Assembly: GCA_964057225.1 (NCBI GenBank)
Contig: OZ059899.1
Location: forward strand, 21,328,001-21,392,000
Length of the DNA stretch: 64,000 bases
Source: Auanema rhodensis
Taxonomy: Eukaryota > Animalia > Nematoda
Direction of reading: 5' to 3'
The position numbers and the translations under genes were made by a program. Numbering within the stretch: the stretch's first letter is position 1; each line of letters opens with the position of its first letter. Below, piece after piece: positions 40,601-55,600 of this stretch. Under the pieces are notes generated by a model. It ran no database searches. It was given only the letters and a program-made list of their open reading frames with translations, and had not been told where the DNA came from.

Positions 40601-43600
40601 AATGTTTTCGAAAAATTTCAAAATAATTTAGCAAAAAGTAGATGTTTTTAGATTCCTTTTTTCAAGGCAAAGACGATGGACAATGTTATTCAACGAAAAA
40701 ATTAATTCTTCAGGGTGAAAATCGAGGATATATGTGTGAACTTATATCAGTTGATATCTCGGTGCATTTTTAAGCTAGCGCAAATCTGATAACACAGATC
40801 GACGCAGCTTAAAAATCCGCATCGAATGCACTATACTACATTGAGAAACGCTTAATACAAAAATTAGTTATGATCGTTTGAAAAATGATGCATTAGTGTA
40901 TGTTGAGTTTCCATGTACACTCAACATTGCTTCCAAAAACATTTTGACAAAAATTTTTTCAAAAAATTTCAAAATAATTTAGCAAAAAGTAGATGTTTTT
41001 AGATTCCTTTTTTCAAGGCGAAGACGATGGACAATGTTATTCAACGAAAAAATTAATTCTTCAGGGTGAAAATCGAGGATATAAGTGTGAACTTATATCA
41101 GTTGATATCTCGGTGCATTTTTAAGCTAGCGCAAATCTGATAACACAGATCGACGCAGCTTAAAAATCCCCATCGAATGCACTATACTACATTGAGAAAC
41201 GCTTAATTCAAAAAATTAGTTATGATCGTTTGAAAAATGATGCCTTAGTGTATGTTGAGTTTCCATGTACACTCAACATTGCTTCCAAAAACATTTTGAC
41301 AAAAATTTTTTCGAAAAATTTCAAAATAATTTAGCAAAAAGTAGATGTTTTTAGATTCCTTTTTTCAAGGCAAAGACGATGGACAATGTTATTCAACGAA
41401 AAAATTAATTCTTCAGGGTGAAAATCGAGGATATATGTGTGAACTTATATCAGTTGATATCTCGGTGCATTTTTAAGCTAGCGCAAATCTGATAACACAG
41501 ATCGACGCAGCTTAAAAATCCGCATCGAATGCACTATACTACATTGAGAAACGCTTAATACAAAAATTAGTTATGATCGTTTGAAAAATGATGCATTAGT
41601 GTATGTTGAGTTTCCATGTACACTCAACATTGCTTCCAAAAACATTTTGACAAAAATTTTTTCGAAAAATTTCAAATTAATTTAGCAAAAAGTAGATGTT
41701 TTTAGATTCCTTTTTTCAAGGCAAAGACGATGGACAATGTTATTCAACAAAAAAATTAATTCTTCAGGGTGAAAATCGAGGATATATGTGTGAACTTATA
41801 TCAGTTGATATCTCGGTGCATTTTTAAGCTAGCGCAAATCTGATAACACAGATCGACGCAGCTTAAAAATCCGCATCGAATGCACTATACTACATTGAGA
41901 AACGCTTAATACAAAAATTAGTTATGATCGTTTGAAAAATGATGCATTAGTGTATGTTGAGTTTCCATGTACACTAACATTGCTTCCAAAAACATTTTGA
42001 CAAAAATTTTTTCAAAAAATTTCAAAATAATTTAGCAAAAAGTAGATGTTTTTAGATTCCTTTTTTCAAGGCAAAGACGATGGACAATGTTATTCAACAA
42101 AAAAATTAATTCTTCAGGGTGAAAATCGAGGATATATGTGTGAACTTATATCAGTTGATATCTCGGTGCATTTTCAAGCTAGCGCAAATCTGATAACACA
42201 GATCGACGCAGCTTAAAAATCCGCATCGAATGCACTATACTACATTGAGAAACGCTTAATACAAAAATTAGTTATGATCGTTTGAAAAATGATGCATTAG
42301 TGTATGTTAAGTTTCCATGTACACTCAACATTGCTTCCAAAAACATTTTGACAAAAATTTTTTCGAAAAATTTCAAAATAATTTAGCAAAAAGTAGATGT
42401 TTTTAGATTCCTTTTTTCAAGGCAAAGACGATGGACAATGTTATTCAACAAAAAAATTAATTCTTCAGGGTGAAAATCGAGGATATATGTGTGAACTTAT
42501 ATCAGTTGATATCTCGGTGCATTTTTAAGCTAGCGCAAATCTGATAACACAGATCGACGCAGCTTAAAAATCCGCATCGAATGCACTATACTACATTGAG
42601 AAACGCTTAATACAAAAATTAGTTATGATCGTTTGAAAAATGATGCATTAGTGTATGTTGAGTTTCCATGTACACTCAACATTGCTTCCAAAAACATTTT
42701 GACAAAAATTTTTTCAAAAAATTTCAAAATAATTTAGCAAAAAGTAGATGTTTTTAGATTCCTTTTTTCAAGGCGAAGACGATGGACAATGTTATTCAAC
42801 GAAAAAATTAATTCTTCAGGGTGAAAATCGAGGATATAAGTGTGAACTTATATCAGTTGATATCTCGGTGCATTTTTAAGCTAGCGCAAATCTGATAACA
42901 CAGATCGACGCAGCTTAAAAATCCCCATCGAATGCACTTTACTACATTGAGAAACGCTTAATTCAAAAAATTAGTTATGATCGTTTGAAAAATGATGCCT
43001 TAGTGTATGTTGAGTTTCCATGTACACTCAACATTGCTTCCAAAAACATTTTGACAAAAATGTTTTCGAAAAATTTCAAAATAATTTAGCAAAAAGTAGA
43101 TGTTTTTAGATTCCTTTTTTCAAGGCAAAGACGATGGACAATGTTATTCAACGAAAAAATTAATTCTTCAGGGTGAAAATCGAGGATATATGTGTGAACT
43201 TATATCAGTTGATATCTCGGTGCATTTTTAAGCTAGCGCAAATCTGATAACACAGATCGACGCAGCTTAAAAATCCGCATCGAATGCACTATACTACATT
43301 GAGAAACGCTTAATACAAAAATTAGTTATGATCGTTTGAAAAATGATGCATTAGTGTATGTTGAGTTTCCATGTACACTCAACATTGCTTCCAAAAACAT
43401 TTTGACAAAAATTTTTTCGAAAAATTTCAAATTAATTTAGCAAAAAGTAGATGTTTTTAGATTCCTTTTTTCAAGGCAAAGACGATGGACAATGTTATTC
43501 AACAAAAAAATTAATTCTTCAGGGTGAAAATCGAGGATATATGTGTGAACTTATATCAGTTGATATCTCGGTGCATTTTTAAGCTAGCGCAAATCTGATA

Positions 43601-46600
43601 ACACAGATCGACGCAGCTTAAAAATCCGCATCGAATGCACTATACTACATTGAGAAACGCTTAATACAAAAATTAGTTATGATCGTTTGAAAAATGATGC
43701 ATTAGTGTATGTTGAGTTTCCATGTACACTAACATTGCTTCCAAAAACATTTTGACAAAAATTTTTTCAAAAAATTTCAAAATAATTTAGCAAAAAGTAG
43801 ATGTTTTTAGATTCCTTTTTTCAAGGCAAAGACGATGGACAATGTTATTCAACAAAAAAATTAATTCTTCAGGGTGAAAATCGAGGATATATGTGTGAAC
43901 TTATATCAGTTGATATCTCGGTGCATTTTCAAGCTAGCGCAAATCTGATAACACAGATCGACGCAGCTTAAAAATCCGCATCGAATGCACTATACTACAT
44001 TGAGAAACGCTTAATACAAAAATTAGTTATGATCGTTTGAAAAATGATGCATTAGTGTATGTTGAGTTTCCATGTACACTCAACATTGCTTCCAAAAACA
44101 TTTTGACAAGAATTTTTTCGAAAAATTTCAAATTAATTTAGCAAAAAGTAGATGTTTTTAGATTCCTTTTTTCAAGGCAAAGACGATGGACAATGTTATT
44201 CAACAAAAAAATTAATTCTTCAGGGTGAAAATCGAGGATATATGTGTGAACATATATCAGTTGATATCTCGGTGCATTTTTAAGCTAGCGCAAATCTGAT
44301 AACACAGATCGACGCAGCTTAAAAATCCGCATCGAATGCACTATACTACATTGAGAAACGCTTAATACAAAAATTAGTTATGATCGTTTGAAAAATGATG
44401 CATTAGTGTATGTTGAGTTTCCATGTACACTCAACATTGCTTCCAAAAACATTTTGACAAAAATTTTTTCAAAAAATTTCAGAATAATTTAGCAAAAAGT
44501 AGATGTTTTTAGATTCCTTTTTTCAAGGCGAAGACGATGGACAATGTTATTCAACAAAAAAATTAATTCTTCAGGGTGAAAATCGAGGATATATGTGTGA
44601 ACTTATATCAGTTGATATCTCGGTGCATTTTTAAGCTAGCGCAAATCTGAAAACACAGATCGACGCAGCTTAAAAATCCGCATCGAATGCACTATACTAC
44701 ATTGAGAAACGCTTAATACAAAAATTAGTTATGATCGTTTGAAAAATGATGCATTAGTGTATGTTGAGTTTCCATGTACACTCAACATTGCTTCCAAAAA
44801 CATTTTGACAAAAATTTTTTCGAAAAATTTCAAATTAATTTAGCAAAAAGTAGATGTTTTTAGATTCCTTTTTTCAAGGCAAAGACGATGGACAATGTTA
44901 TTCAACAAAAAAATTAATTCTTCAGGGTGAAAATCGAGGATATATGTGTGAACTTATATCAGTTGATATCTCGGTGCATTTTTAAGCTAGCGCAAATCTG
45001 ATAACACAGATCGACGCAGCTTAAAAATCCGCATCGAATGCACTATACTACATTGAGAAACGCTTAATACAAAAATTAGTTATGATCGTTTGAAAAATGA
45101 TGCATTAGTGTATGTTGAGTTTCCATGTACACTAACATTGCTTCCAAAAACATTTTGACAAAAATTTTTTCAAAAAATTTCAAAATAATTTAGCAAAAAG
45201 TAGATGTTTTTAGATTCCTTTTTTCAAGGCGAAGACGATGGACAATGTTATTCAACGAAAAAATTAATTCTTCAGGGTGAAAATCGAGGATATAAGTGTG
45301 AACTTATATCAGTTGATATCTCGGTGCATTTTTAAGCTAGCGCAAATCTGATAACACAGATCGACGCAGCTTAAAAATCCCCATCGAATGCACTATACTA
45401 CATTGAGAAACGCTTAATTCAAAAAATTAGTTATGATCGTTTGAAAAATGATGCCTTAGTGTATGTTGAGTTTCCATGTACACTCAACATTGCTTCCAAA
45501 AACATTTTGACAAAAATGTTTTCGAAAAATTTCAAAATAATTTAGCAAAAAGTAGATGTTTTTAGATTCCTTTTTTCAAGGCAAAGACGATGGACAATGT
45601 TATTCAACGAAAAAATTAATTCTTCAGGGTGAAAATCGAGGATATATGTGTGAACTTATATCAGTTGATATCTCGGTGCATTTTTAAGCTAGCGCAAATC
45701 TGATAACACAGATCGACGCAGCTTAAAAATCCGCATCGAATGCACTATACTACATTGAGAAACGCTTAATACAAAAATTAGTTATGATCGTTTGAAAAAT
45801 GATGCATTAGTGTATGTTGAGTTTCCATGTACACTCAACATTGCTTCCAAAAACATTTTGACAAAAATTTTTTCGAAAAATTTCAAATTAATTTAGCAAA
45901 AAGTAGATGTTTTTAGATTCCTTTTTTCAAGGCAAAGACGATGGACAATGTTATTCAACAAAAAAATTAATTCTTCAGGGTGAAAATCGAGGATATATGT
46001 GTGAACTTATATCAGTTGATATCTCGGTGCATTTTTAAGCTAGCGCAAATCTGATAACACAGATCGACGCAGCTTAAAAATCCGCATCGAATGCACTATA
46101 CTACATTGAGAAACGCTTAATACAAAAATTAGTTATGATCGTTTGAAAAATGATGCATTAGTGTATGTTGAGTTTCCATGTACACTCAACATTGCTTCCA
46201 AAAACATTTTGACAAAAATTTTTTCAAAAAATTTCAGAATAATTTAGCAAAAAGTAGATGTTTTTAGATTCCTTTTTTCAAGGCGAAGACGATGGACAAT
46301 GTTATTCAACAAAAAAATTAATTCTTCAGGGTGAAAATCGAGGATATATGTGTGAACTTATATCAGTTGATATCTCGGTGCATTTTTAAGCTAGCGCAAA
46401 TCTGATAACACAGATCGACGCAGCTTAAAAATCCGCATCGAATGCACTATACTACATTGAGAAACGCTTAATACAAAAATTAGTTATGATCGTTTGAAAA
46501 ATGATGCATTAGTGTATGTTGAGTTTCCATGTACACTCAACATTGCTTCCAAAAACATTTTGACAAAAATTTTTTCGAAAAATTTCAAATTAATTTAGCA

Positions 46601-49600
46601 AAAAGTAGATGTTTTTAGATTCCTTTTTTCAAGGCAAAGACGATGGACAATGTTATTCAACAAAAAAATTAATTCTTCAGGGTGAAAATCGAGGATATAT
46701 GTGTGAACTTATATCAGTTGATATCTCGGTGCATTTTTAAGCTAGCGCAAATCTGATAACACAGATCGACGCAGCTTAAAAATCCGCATCGAATGCACTA
46801 TACTACATTGAGAAACGCTTAATACAAAAATTAGTTATGATCGTTTGAAAAATGATGCATTAGTGTATGTTGAGTTTCCATGTACACTAACATTGCTTCC
46901 AAAAACATTTTGACAAAAATTTTTTCAAAAAATTTCAAAATAATTTAGCAAAAAGTAGATGTTTTTAGATTCCTTTTTTCAAGGCGAAGACGATGGACAA
47001 TGTTATTCAACGAAAAAATTAATTCTTCAGGGTGAAAATCGAGGATATAAGTGTGAACTTATATCAGTTGATATCTCGGTGCATTTTTAAGCTAGCGCAA
47101 ATCTGATAACACAGATCGACGCAGCTTAAAAATCCCCATCGAATGCACTATACTACATTGAGAAACGCTTAATTCAAAAAATTAGTTATGATCGTTTGAA
47201 AAATGATGCCTTAGTGTATGTTGAGTTTCCATGTACACTCAACATTGCTTCCAAAAACATTTTGACAAAAATGTTTTCGAAAAATTTCAAAATAATTTAG
47301 CAAAAAGTAGATGTTTTTAGATTCCTTTTTTCAAGGCAAAGACGATGGACAATGTTATTCAACGAAAAAATTAATTCTTCAGGGTGAAAATCGAGGATAT
47401 ATGTGTGAACTTATATCAGTTGATATCTCGGTGCATTTTTAAGCTAGCGCAAATCTGATAACACAGATCGACGCAGCTTAAAAATCCGCATCGAATGCAC
47501 TATACTACATTGAGAAACGCTTAATACAAAAATTAGTTATGATCGTTTGAAAAATGATGCATTAGTGTATGTTGAGTTTCCATGTACACTCAACATTGCT
47601 TCCAAAAACATTTTGACAAAAATTTTTTCGAAAAATTTCAAATTAATTTAGCAAAAAGTAGATGTTTTTAGATTCCTTTTTTCAAGGCAAAGACGATGGA
47701 CAATGTTATTCAACAAAAAAATTAATTCTTCAGGGTGAAAATCGAGGATATATGTGTGAACTTATATCAGTTGATATCTCGGTGCATTTTTAAGCTAGCG
47801 CAAATCTGATAACACAGATCGACGCAGCTTAAAAATTCGCATCGAATGCACTATACTACATTGAGAAACGCTTAATACAAAAATTAGTTATGATCGTTTG
47901 AAAAATGATGCATTAGTGTATGTTGAGTTTCCATGTACACTCAACATTGCTTCCAAAAACATTTTGACAAAAATTTTTTCAAAAAATTTCAGAATAATTT
48001 AGCAAAAAGTAGATGTTTTTAGATTCCTTTTTTCAAGGCGAAGACGATGGACAATGTTATTCAACAAAAAAATTAATTCTTCAGGGTGAAAATCGAGGAT
48101 ATATGTGTGAACTTATATCAGTTGATATCTCGGTGCATTTTTAAGCTAGCGCAAATCTGATAACACAGATCGACGCAGCTTAAAAATCCCCATCGAATGC
48201 ACTATACTACATTGAGAAACGCTTAATTCAAAAAATTAGTTATGATCGTTTGAAAAATGATGCCTTAGTGTATGTTGAGTTTCCATGTACACTCAACATT
48301 GCTTCCAAAAACATTTTGACAAAAATGTTTTCGAAAAATTTCAAAATAATTTAGCAAAAAGTAGATGTTTTTAGATTCCTTTTTTCAAGGCAAAGACGAT
48401 GGACAATGTTATTCAACGAAAAAATTAATTCTTCAGGGTGAAAATCGAGGATATATGTGTGAACTTATATCAGTTGATATCTCGGTGCATTTTTAAGCTA
48501 GCGCAAATCTGATAACACAGATCGACGCAGCTTAAAAATCCGCATCGAATGCACTATACTACATTGAGAAACGCTTAATACAAAAATTAGTTATGATCGT
48601 TTGAAAAATGATGCATTAGTGTATGTTGAGTTTCCATGTACACTCAACATTGCTTCCAAAAACATTTTGACAAAAATTTTTTCGAAAAATTTCAAATTAA
48701 TTTAGCAAAAAGTAGATGTTTTTAGATTCCTTTTTTCAAGGCAAAGACGATGGACAATGTTATTCAACAAAAAAATTAATTCTTCAGGGTGAAAATCGAG
48801 GATATATGTGTGAACTTATATCAGTTGATATCTCGGTGCATTTTTAAGCTAGCGCAAATCTGATAACACAGATCGACGCAGCTTAAAAATCCGCATCGAA
48901 TGCACTATACTACATTGAGAAACGCTTAATACAAAAATTAGTTATGATCGTTTGAAAAATGATGCATTAGTGTATGTTGAGTTTCCATGTACACTAACAT
49001 TGCTTCCAAAAACATTTTGACAAAAATTTTTTCGAAAAATTTCAAATTAATTTAGCAAAAAGTAGATGTTTTTAGATTCCTTTTTTCAAGGCAAAGACGA
49101 TGGACAATGTTATTCAACAAAAAAATTAATTCTTCAGGGTGAAAATCGAGGATATATGTGTGAACTTATATCAGCTGATATCTCGGTGCATTTTTAAGCT
49201 AGCGCAAATCTGATAACACAGATCGACGCAGCTTAAAAATCCGCATCGAATGCACTATACTACATTGAGAAACGCTTAATACAAAAAATAGTTATGATCG
49301 TTTGAAAAATGATGCATTAGTGTATGTTGAGTTTCCATGTACACTAACATTGCTTCCAAAAACATTTTGACAAAAATTTTTTCAAAAAATTTCAAAATAA
49401 TTTAGCAAAAAGTAGATGTTTTTAGATTCCTTTTTTCAAGGCGAAGACGATGGACAATGTTATTCAACGAAAAAATTAATTCTTCAGGGTGAAAATCGAG
49501 GATATAAGTGTGAACTTATATCAGTTGATATCTCGGTGCATTTTTAAGCTAGCGCAAATCTGATAACACAGATCGACGCAGCTTAAAAATCCCCATCGAA

Positions 49601-52600
49601 TGCACTATACTACATTGAGAAACGCTTAATTCAAAAAATTAGTTATGATCGTTTGAAAAATGATGCCTTAGTGTATGTTGAGTTTCCATGTACACTCAAC
49701 ATTGCTTCCAAAAACATTTTGACAAAAATGTTTTCGAAAAATTTCAAAATAATTTAGCAAAAAGTAGATGTTTTTAGATTCCTTTTTTCAAGGCAAAGAC
49801 GATGGACAATGTTATTCAACGAAAAAATTAATTCTTCAGGGTGAAAATCGAGGATATATGTGTGAACTTATATCAGTTGATATCTCGGTGCATTTTTAAG
49901 CTAGCGCAAATCTGATAACACAGATCGACGCAGCTTAAAAATCCGCATCGAATGCACTATACTACATTGAGAAACGCTTAATACAAAAATTAGTTATGAT
50001 CGTTTGAAAAATGATGCATTAGTGTATGTTGAGTTTCCATGTACACTCAACATTGCTTCCAAAAACATTTTGACAAAAATTTTTTCGAAAAATTTCAAAT
50101 TAATTTAGCAAAAAGTAGATGTTTTTAGATTCCTTTTTTCAAGGCAAAGACGATGGACAATGTTATTCAACAAAAAAATTAATTCTTCAGGGTGAAAATC
50201 GAGGATATATGTGTGAACTTATATCAGTTGATATCTCGGTGCATTTTTAAGCTAGCGCAAATCTGATAACACAGATCGACGCAGCTTAAAAATCCGCATC
50301 GAATGCACTATACTACATTGAGAAACGCTTAATACAAAAATTAGTTATGATCGTTTGAAAAATGATGCATTAGTGTATGTTGAGTTTCCATGTACACTCA
50401 ACATTGCTTCCAAAAACATTTTGACAAAAATTTTTTCGAAAAATTTCAAATTAATTTAGCAAAAAGTAGATGTTTTTAGATTCCTTTTTTCAAGGCAAAG
50501 ACGATGGACAATGTTATTCAACAAAAAAATTAATTCTTCAGGGTGAAAATCGAGGATATATGTGTGAACTTATATCAGTTGATATCTCGGTGCATTTTTA
50601 AGCTAGCGCAAATCTGATAACACAGATCGACGCAGCTTAAAAATCCGCATCGAATGCACTATACTACATTGAGAAACGCTTAATACAAAAATTAGTTATG
50701 ATCGTTTGAAAAATGATGCATTAGTGTATGTTGAGTTTCCATGTACACTAACATTGCTTCCAAAAACATTTTGACAAAAATTTTTTCAAAAAATTTCAAA
50801 ATAATTTAGCAAAAAGTAGATGTTTTTAGATTCCTTTTTTCAAGGCGAAGACGATGGACAATGTTATTCAACGAAAAAATTAATTCTTCAGGGTGAAAAT
50901 CGAGGATATAAGTGTGAACTTATATCAGTTGATATCTCGGTGCATTTTTAAGCTAGCGCAAATCTGATAACACAGATCGACGCAGCTTAAAAATCCCCAT
51001 CGAATGCACTATACTACATTGAGAAACGCTTAATTCAAAAAATTAGTTATGATCGTTTGAAAAATGATGCCTTAGTGTATGTTGAGTTTCCATGTACACT
51101 CAACATTGCTTCCAAAAACATTTTGACAAAAATGTTTTCGAAAAATTTCAAAATAATTTAGCAAAAAGTAGATGTTTTTAGATTCCTTTTTTCAAGGCAA
51201 AGACGATGGACAATGTTATTCAACGAAAAAATTAATTCTTCAGGGTGAAAATCGAGGATATATGTGTGAACTTATATCAGTTGATATCTCGGTGCATTTT
51301 TAAGCTAGCGCAAATCTGATAACACAGATCGACGCAGCTTAAAAATCCGCATCGAATGCACTATACTACATTGAGAAACGCTTAATACAAAAATTAGTTA
51401 TGATCGTTTGAAAAATGATGCATTAGTGTATGTTGAGTTTCCATGTACACTCAACATTGCTTCCAAAAACATTTTGACAAAAATTTTTTCGAAAAATTTC
51501 AAATTAATTTAGCAAAAAGTAGATGTTTTTAGATTCCTTTTTTCAAGGCAAAGACGATGGACAATGTTATTCAACAAAAAAATTAATTCTTCAGGGTGAA
51601 AATCGAGGATATATGTGTGAACTTATATCAGTTGATATCTCGGTGCATTTTTAAGCTAGCGCAAATCTGATAACACAGATCGACGCAGCTTAAAAATTCG
51701 CATCGAATGCACTATACTACATTGAGAAACGCTTAATACAAAAATTAGTTAAGATCGTTTGAAAAATGATGCATTAGTGTATGTTGAGTTTCCATGTACA
51801 CTCAACATTGCTTCCAAAAACATTTTGACAAAAATTTTTTCAAAAAATTTCAGAATAATTTAGCAAAAAGTAGATGTTTTTAGATTCCTTTTTTCAAGGC
51901 GAAGACGATGGACAATGTTATTCAACAAAAAAATTAATTCTTCAGGGTGAAAATCGAGGATATATGTGTGAACTTATATCAGTTGATATCTCGGTGCATT
52001 TTTAAGCTAGCGCAAATCTGATAACACAGATCGACGCAGCTTAAAAATCCCCATCGAATGCACTATACTACATTGAGAAACGCTTAATTCAAAAAATTAG
52101 TTATGATCGTTTGAAAAATGATGCCTTAGTGTATGTTGAGTTTCCATGTACACTCAACATTGCTTCCAAAAACATTTTGACAAAAATGTTTTCGAAAAAT
52201 TTCAAAATAATTTAGCAAAAAGTAGATGTTTTTAGATTCCTTTTTTCAAGGCAAAGACGATGGACAATGTTATTCAACGAAAAAATTAATTCTTCAGGGT
52301 GAAAATCGAGGATATATGTGTGAACTTATATCAGTTGATATCTCGGTGCATTTTTAAGCTAGCGCAAATCTGATAACACAGATCGACGCAGCTTAAAAAT
52401 CCGCATCGAATGCACTATACTACATTGAGAAACGCTTAATACAAAAATTAGTTATGATCGTTTGAAAAATGATGCATTAGTGTATGTTGAGTTTCCATGT
52501 ACACTCAACATTGCTTCCAAAAACATTTTGACAAAAATTTTTTCGAAAAATTTCAAATTAATTTAGCAAAAAGTAGATGTTTTTAGATTCCTTTTTTCAA

Positions 52601-55600
52601 GGCAAAGACGATGGACAATGTTATTCAACAAAAAAATTAATTCTTCAGGGTGAAAATCGAGGATATATGTGTGAACTTATATCAGTTGATATCTCGGTGC
52701 ATTTTTAAGCTAGCGCAAATCTGATAACACAGATCGACGCAGCTTAAAAATCCGCATCGAATGCACTATACTACATTGAGAAACGCTTAATACAAAAATT
52801 AGTTATGATCGTTTGAAAAATGATGCATTAGTGTATGTTGAGTTTCCATGTACACTCAACATTGCTTCCAAAAACATTTTGACAAAAATTTTTTCAAAAA
52901 ATTTCAGAATAATTTAGCAAAAAGTAGATGTTTTTAGATTCCTTTTTTCAAGGCAAAGACGATGGACAATGTTATTCAACAAAAAAATTAATTCTTCAGG
53001 GTGAAAATCGAGGATATATGTGTGAACTTATATCAGTTGATATCTCGGTGCATTTTTAAGCTAGCGCAAATCTGATAACACAGATCGACGCAGCTTAAAA
53101 ATCCGCATCGAATGCACTATACTACATTGAGAAACGCTTAATACAAAAATTAGTTATGATCGTTTGAAAAATGATGCATTAGTGTATGTTGAGTTTCCAT
53201 GTACACTAACATTGCTTCCAAAAACATTTTGACAAAAATTTTTTCAAAAAATTTCAAAATAATTTAGCAAAAAGTAGATGTTTTTAGATTCCTTTTTTCA
53301 AGGCAAAGACGATGGACAATGTTATTCAACGAAAAAATTAATTCTTCAGGGTGAAAATCGAGGATATAAGTGTGAACTTATATCAGTTGATATCTCGGTG
53401 CATTTTTAAGCTAGCGCAAATCTGATAACACAGATCGACGCAGCTTAAAAATCCCCATCGAATGCACTATACTACATTGAGAAACGCTTAATTCAAAAAA
53501 TTAGTTATGATCGTTTGAAAAATGATGCCTTAGTGTATGTTGAGTTTCCATGTACACTCAACATTGCTTCCAAAAACATTTTGACAAAAATGTTTTCGAA
53601 AAATTTCAAAATAATTTAGCAAAAAGTAGATGTTTTTAGATTCCTTTTTTCAAGGCAAAGACGATGGACAATGTTATTCAACGAAAAAATTAATTCTTCA
53701 GGGTGAAAATCGAGGATATATGTGTGAACTTATATCAGTTGATATCTCGGTGCATTTTTAAGCTAGCGCAAATCTGATAACACAGATCGACGCAGCTTAA
53801 AAATCCGCATCGAATGCACTATACTACATTGAGAAACGCTTAATACAAAAATTAGTTATGATCGTTTGAAAAATGATGCATTAGTGTATGTTGAGTTTCC
53901 ATGTACACTCAACATTGCTTCCAAAAACATTTTGACAAAAATTTTTTCGAAAAATTTCAAATTAATTTAGCAAAAAGTAGATGTTTTTAGATTCCTTTTT
54001 TCAAGGCAAAGACGATGGACAATGTTATTCAACAAAAAAATTAATTCTTCAGGGTGAAAATCGAGGATATATGTGTGAACTTATATCAGTTGATATCTCG
54101 GTGCATTTTTAAGCTAGCGCAAATCTGATAACACAGATCGACGCAGCTTAAAAATCCGCATCGAATGCACTATACTACATTGAGAAACGCTTAATACAAA
54201 AATTAGTTATGATCGTTTGAAAAATGATGCATTAGTGTATGTTGAGTTTCCATGTACACTCAACATTGCTTCCAAAAACATTTTGACAAAAATGTTTTCG
54301 AAAAATTTCAAAATAATTTAGCAAAAAGTAGATGTTTTTAGATTCCTTTTTTCAAGGCAAAGACGATGGACAATGTTATTCAACGAAAAAATTAATTCTT
54401 CAGGGTGAAAATCGAGGATATATGTGTGAACTTATATCAGTTGATATCTCGGTGCATTTTTAAGCTAGCGCAAATCTGATAACACAGATCGACGCAGCTT
54501 AAAAATCCGCATCGAATGCACTATACTACATTGAGAAACGCTTAATACAAAAATTAGTTATGATCGTTTGAAAAATGATGCATTAGTGTATGTTGAGTTT
54601 CCATGTACACTCAACATTGCTTCCAAAAACATTTTGACAAAAATTTTTTCGAAAAATTTCAAATTAATTTAGCAAAAAGTAGATGTTTTTAGATTCCTTT
54701 TTTCAAGGCAAAGACGATGGACAATGTTATTCAACAAAAAAATTAATTCTTCAGGGTGAAAATCGAGGATATATGTGTGAACTTATATCAGTTGATATCT
54801 CGGTGCATTTTTAAGCTAGCGCAAATCTGATAACACAGATCGACGCAGCTTAAAAATCCGCATCGAATGCACTATACTACATTGAGAAACGCTTAATACA
54901 AAAATTAGTTATGATCGTTTGAAAAATGATGCATTAGTGTATGTTGAGTTTCCATGTACACTCAACATTGCTTCCAAAAACATTTTGACAAAAATTTTTT
55001 CAAAAAATTTCAGAATAATTTAGCAAAAAGTAGATGTTTTTAGATTCCTTTTTTCAAGGCGAAGACGATGGACAATGTTATTCAACAAAAAAATTAATTC
55101 TTCAGGGTGAAAATCGAGGATATATGTGTGAACTTATATCAGTTGATATCTCGGTGCATTTTTAAGCTAGCGCAAATCTGATAACACAGATCGACGCAGC
55201 TTAAAAATCCGCATCGAATGCACTATACTACATTGAGAAACGCTTAATACAAAAATTAGTTATGATCGTTTGAAAAATGATGCATTAGTGTATGTTGAGT
55301 TTCCATGTACACTCAACATTGCTTCCAAAAACATTTTGACAAAAATTTTTTCGAAAAATTTCAAATTAATTTAGCAAAAAGTAGATGTTTTTAGATTCCT
55401 TTTTTCAAGGCAAAGACGATGGACAATGTTATTCAACAAAAAAATTAATTCTTCAGGGTGAAAATCGAGGATATATGTGTGAACTTATATCAGTTGATAT
55501 CTCGGTGCATTTTTAAGCTAGCGCAAATCTGATAACACAGATCGACGCAGCTTAAAAATCCGCATCGAATGCACTATACTACATTGAGAAACGCTTAATA

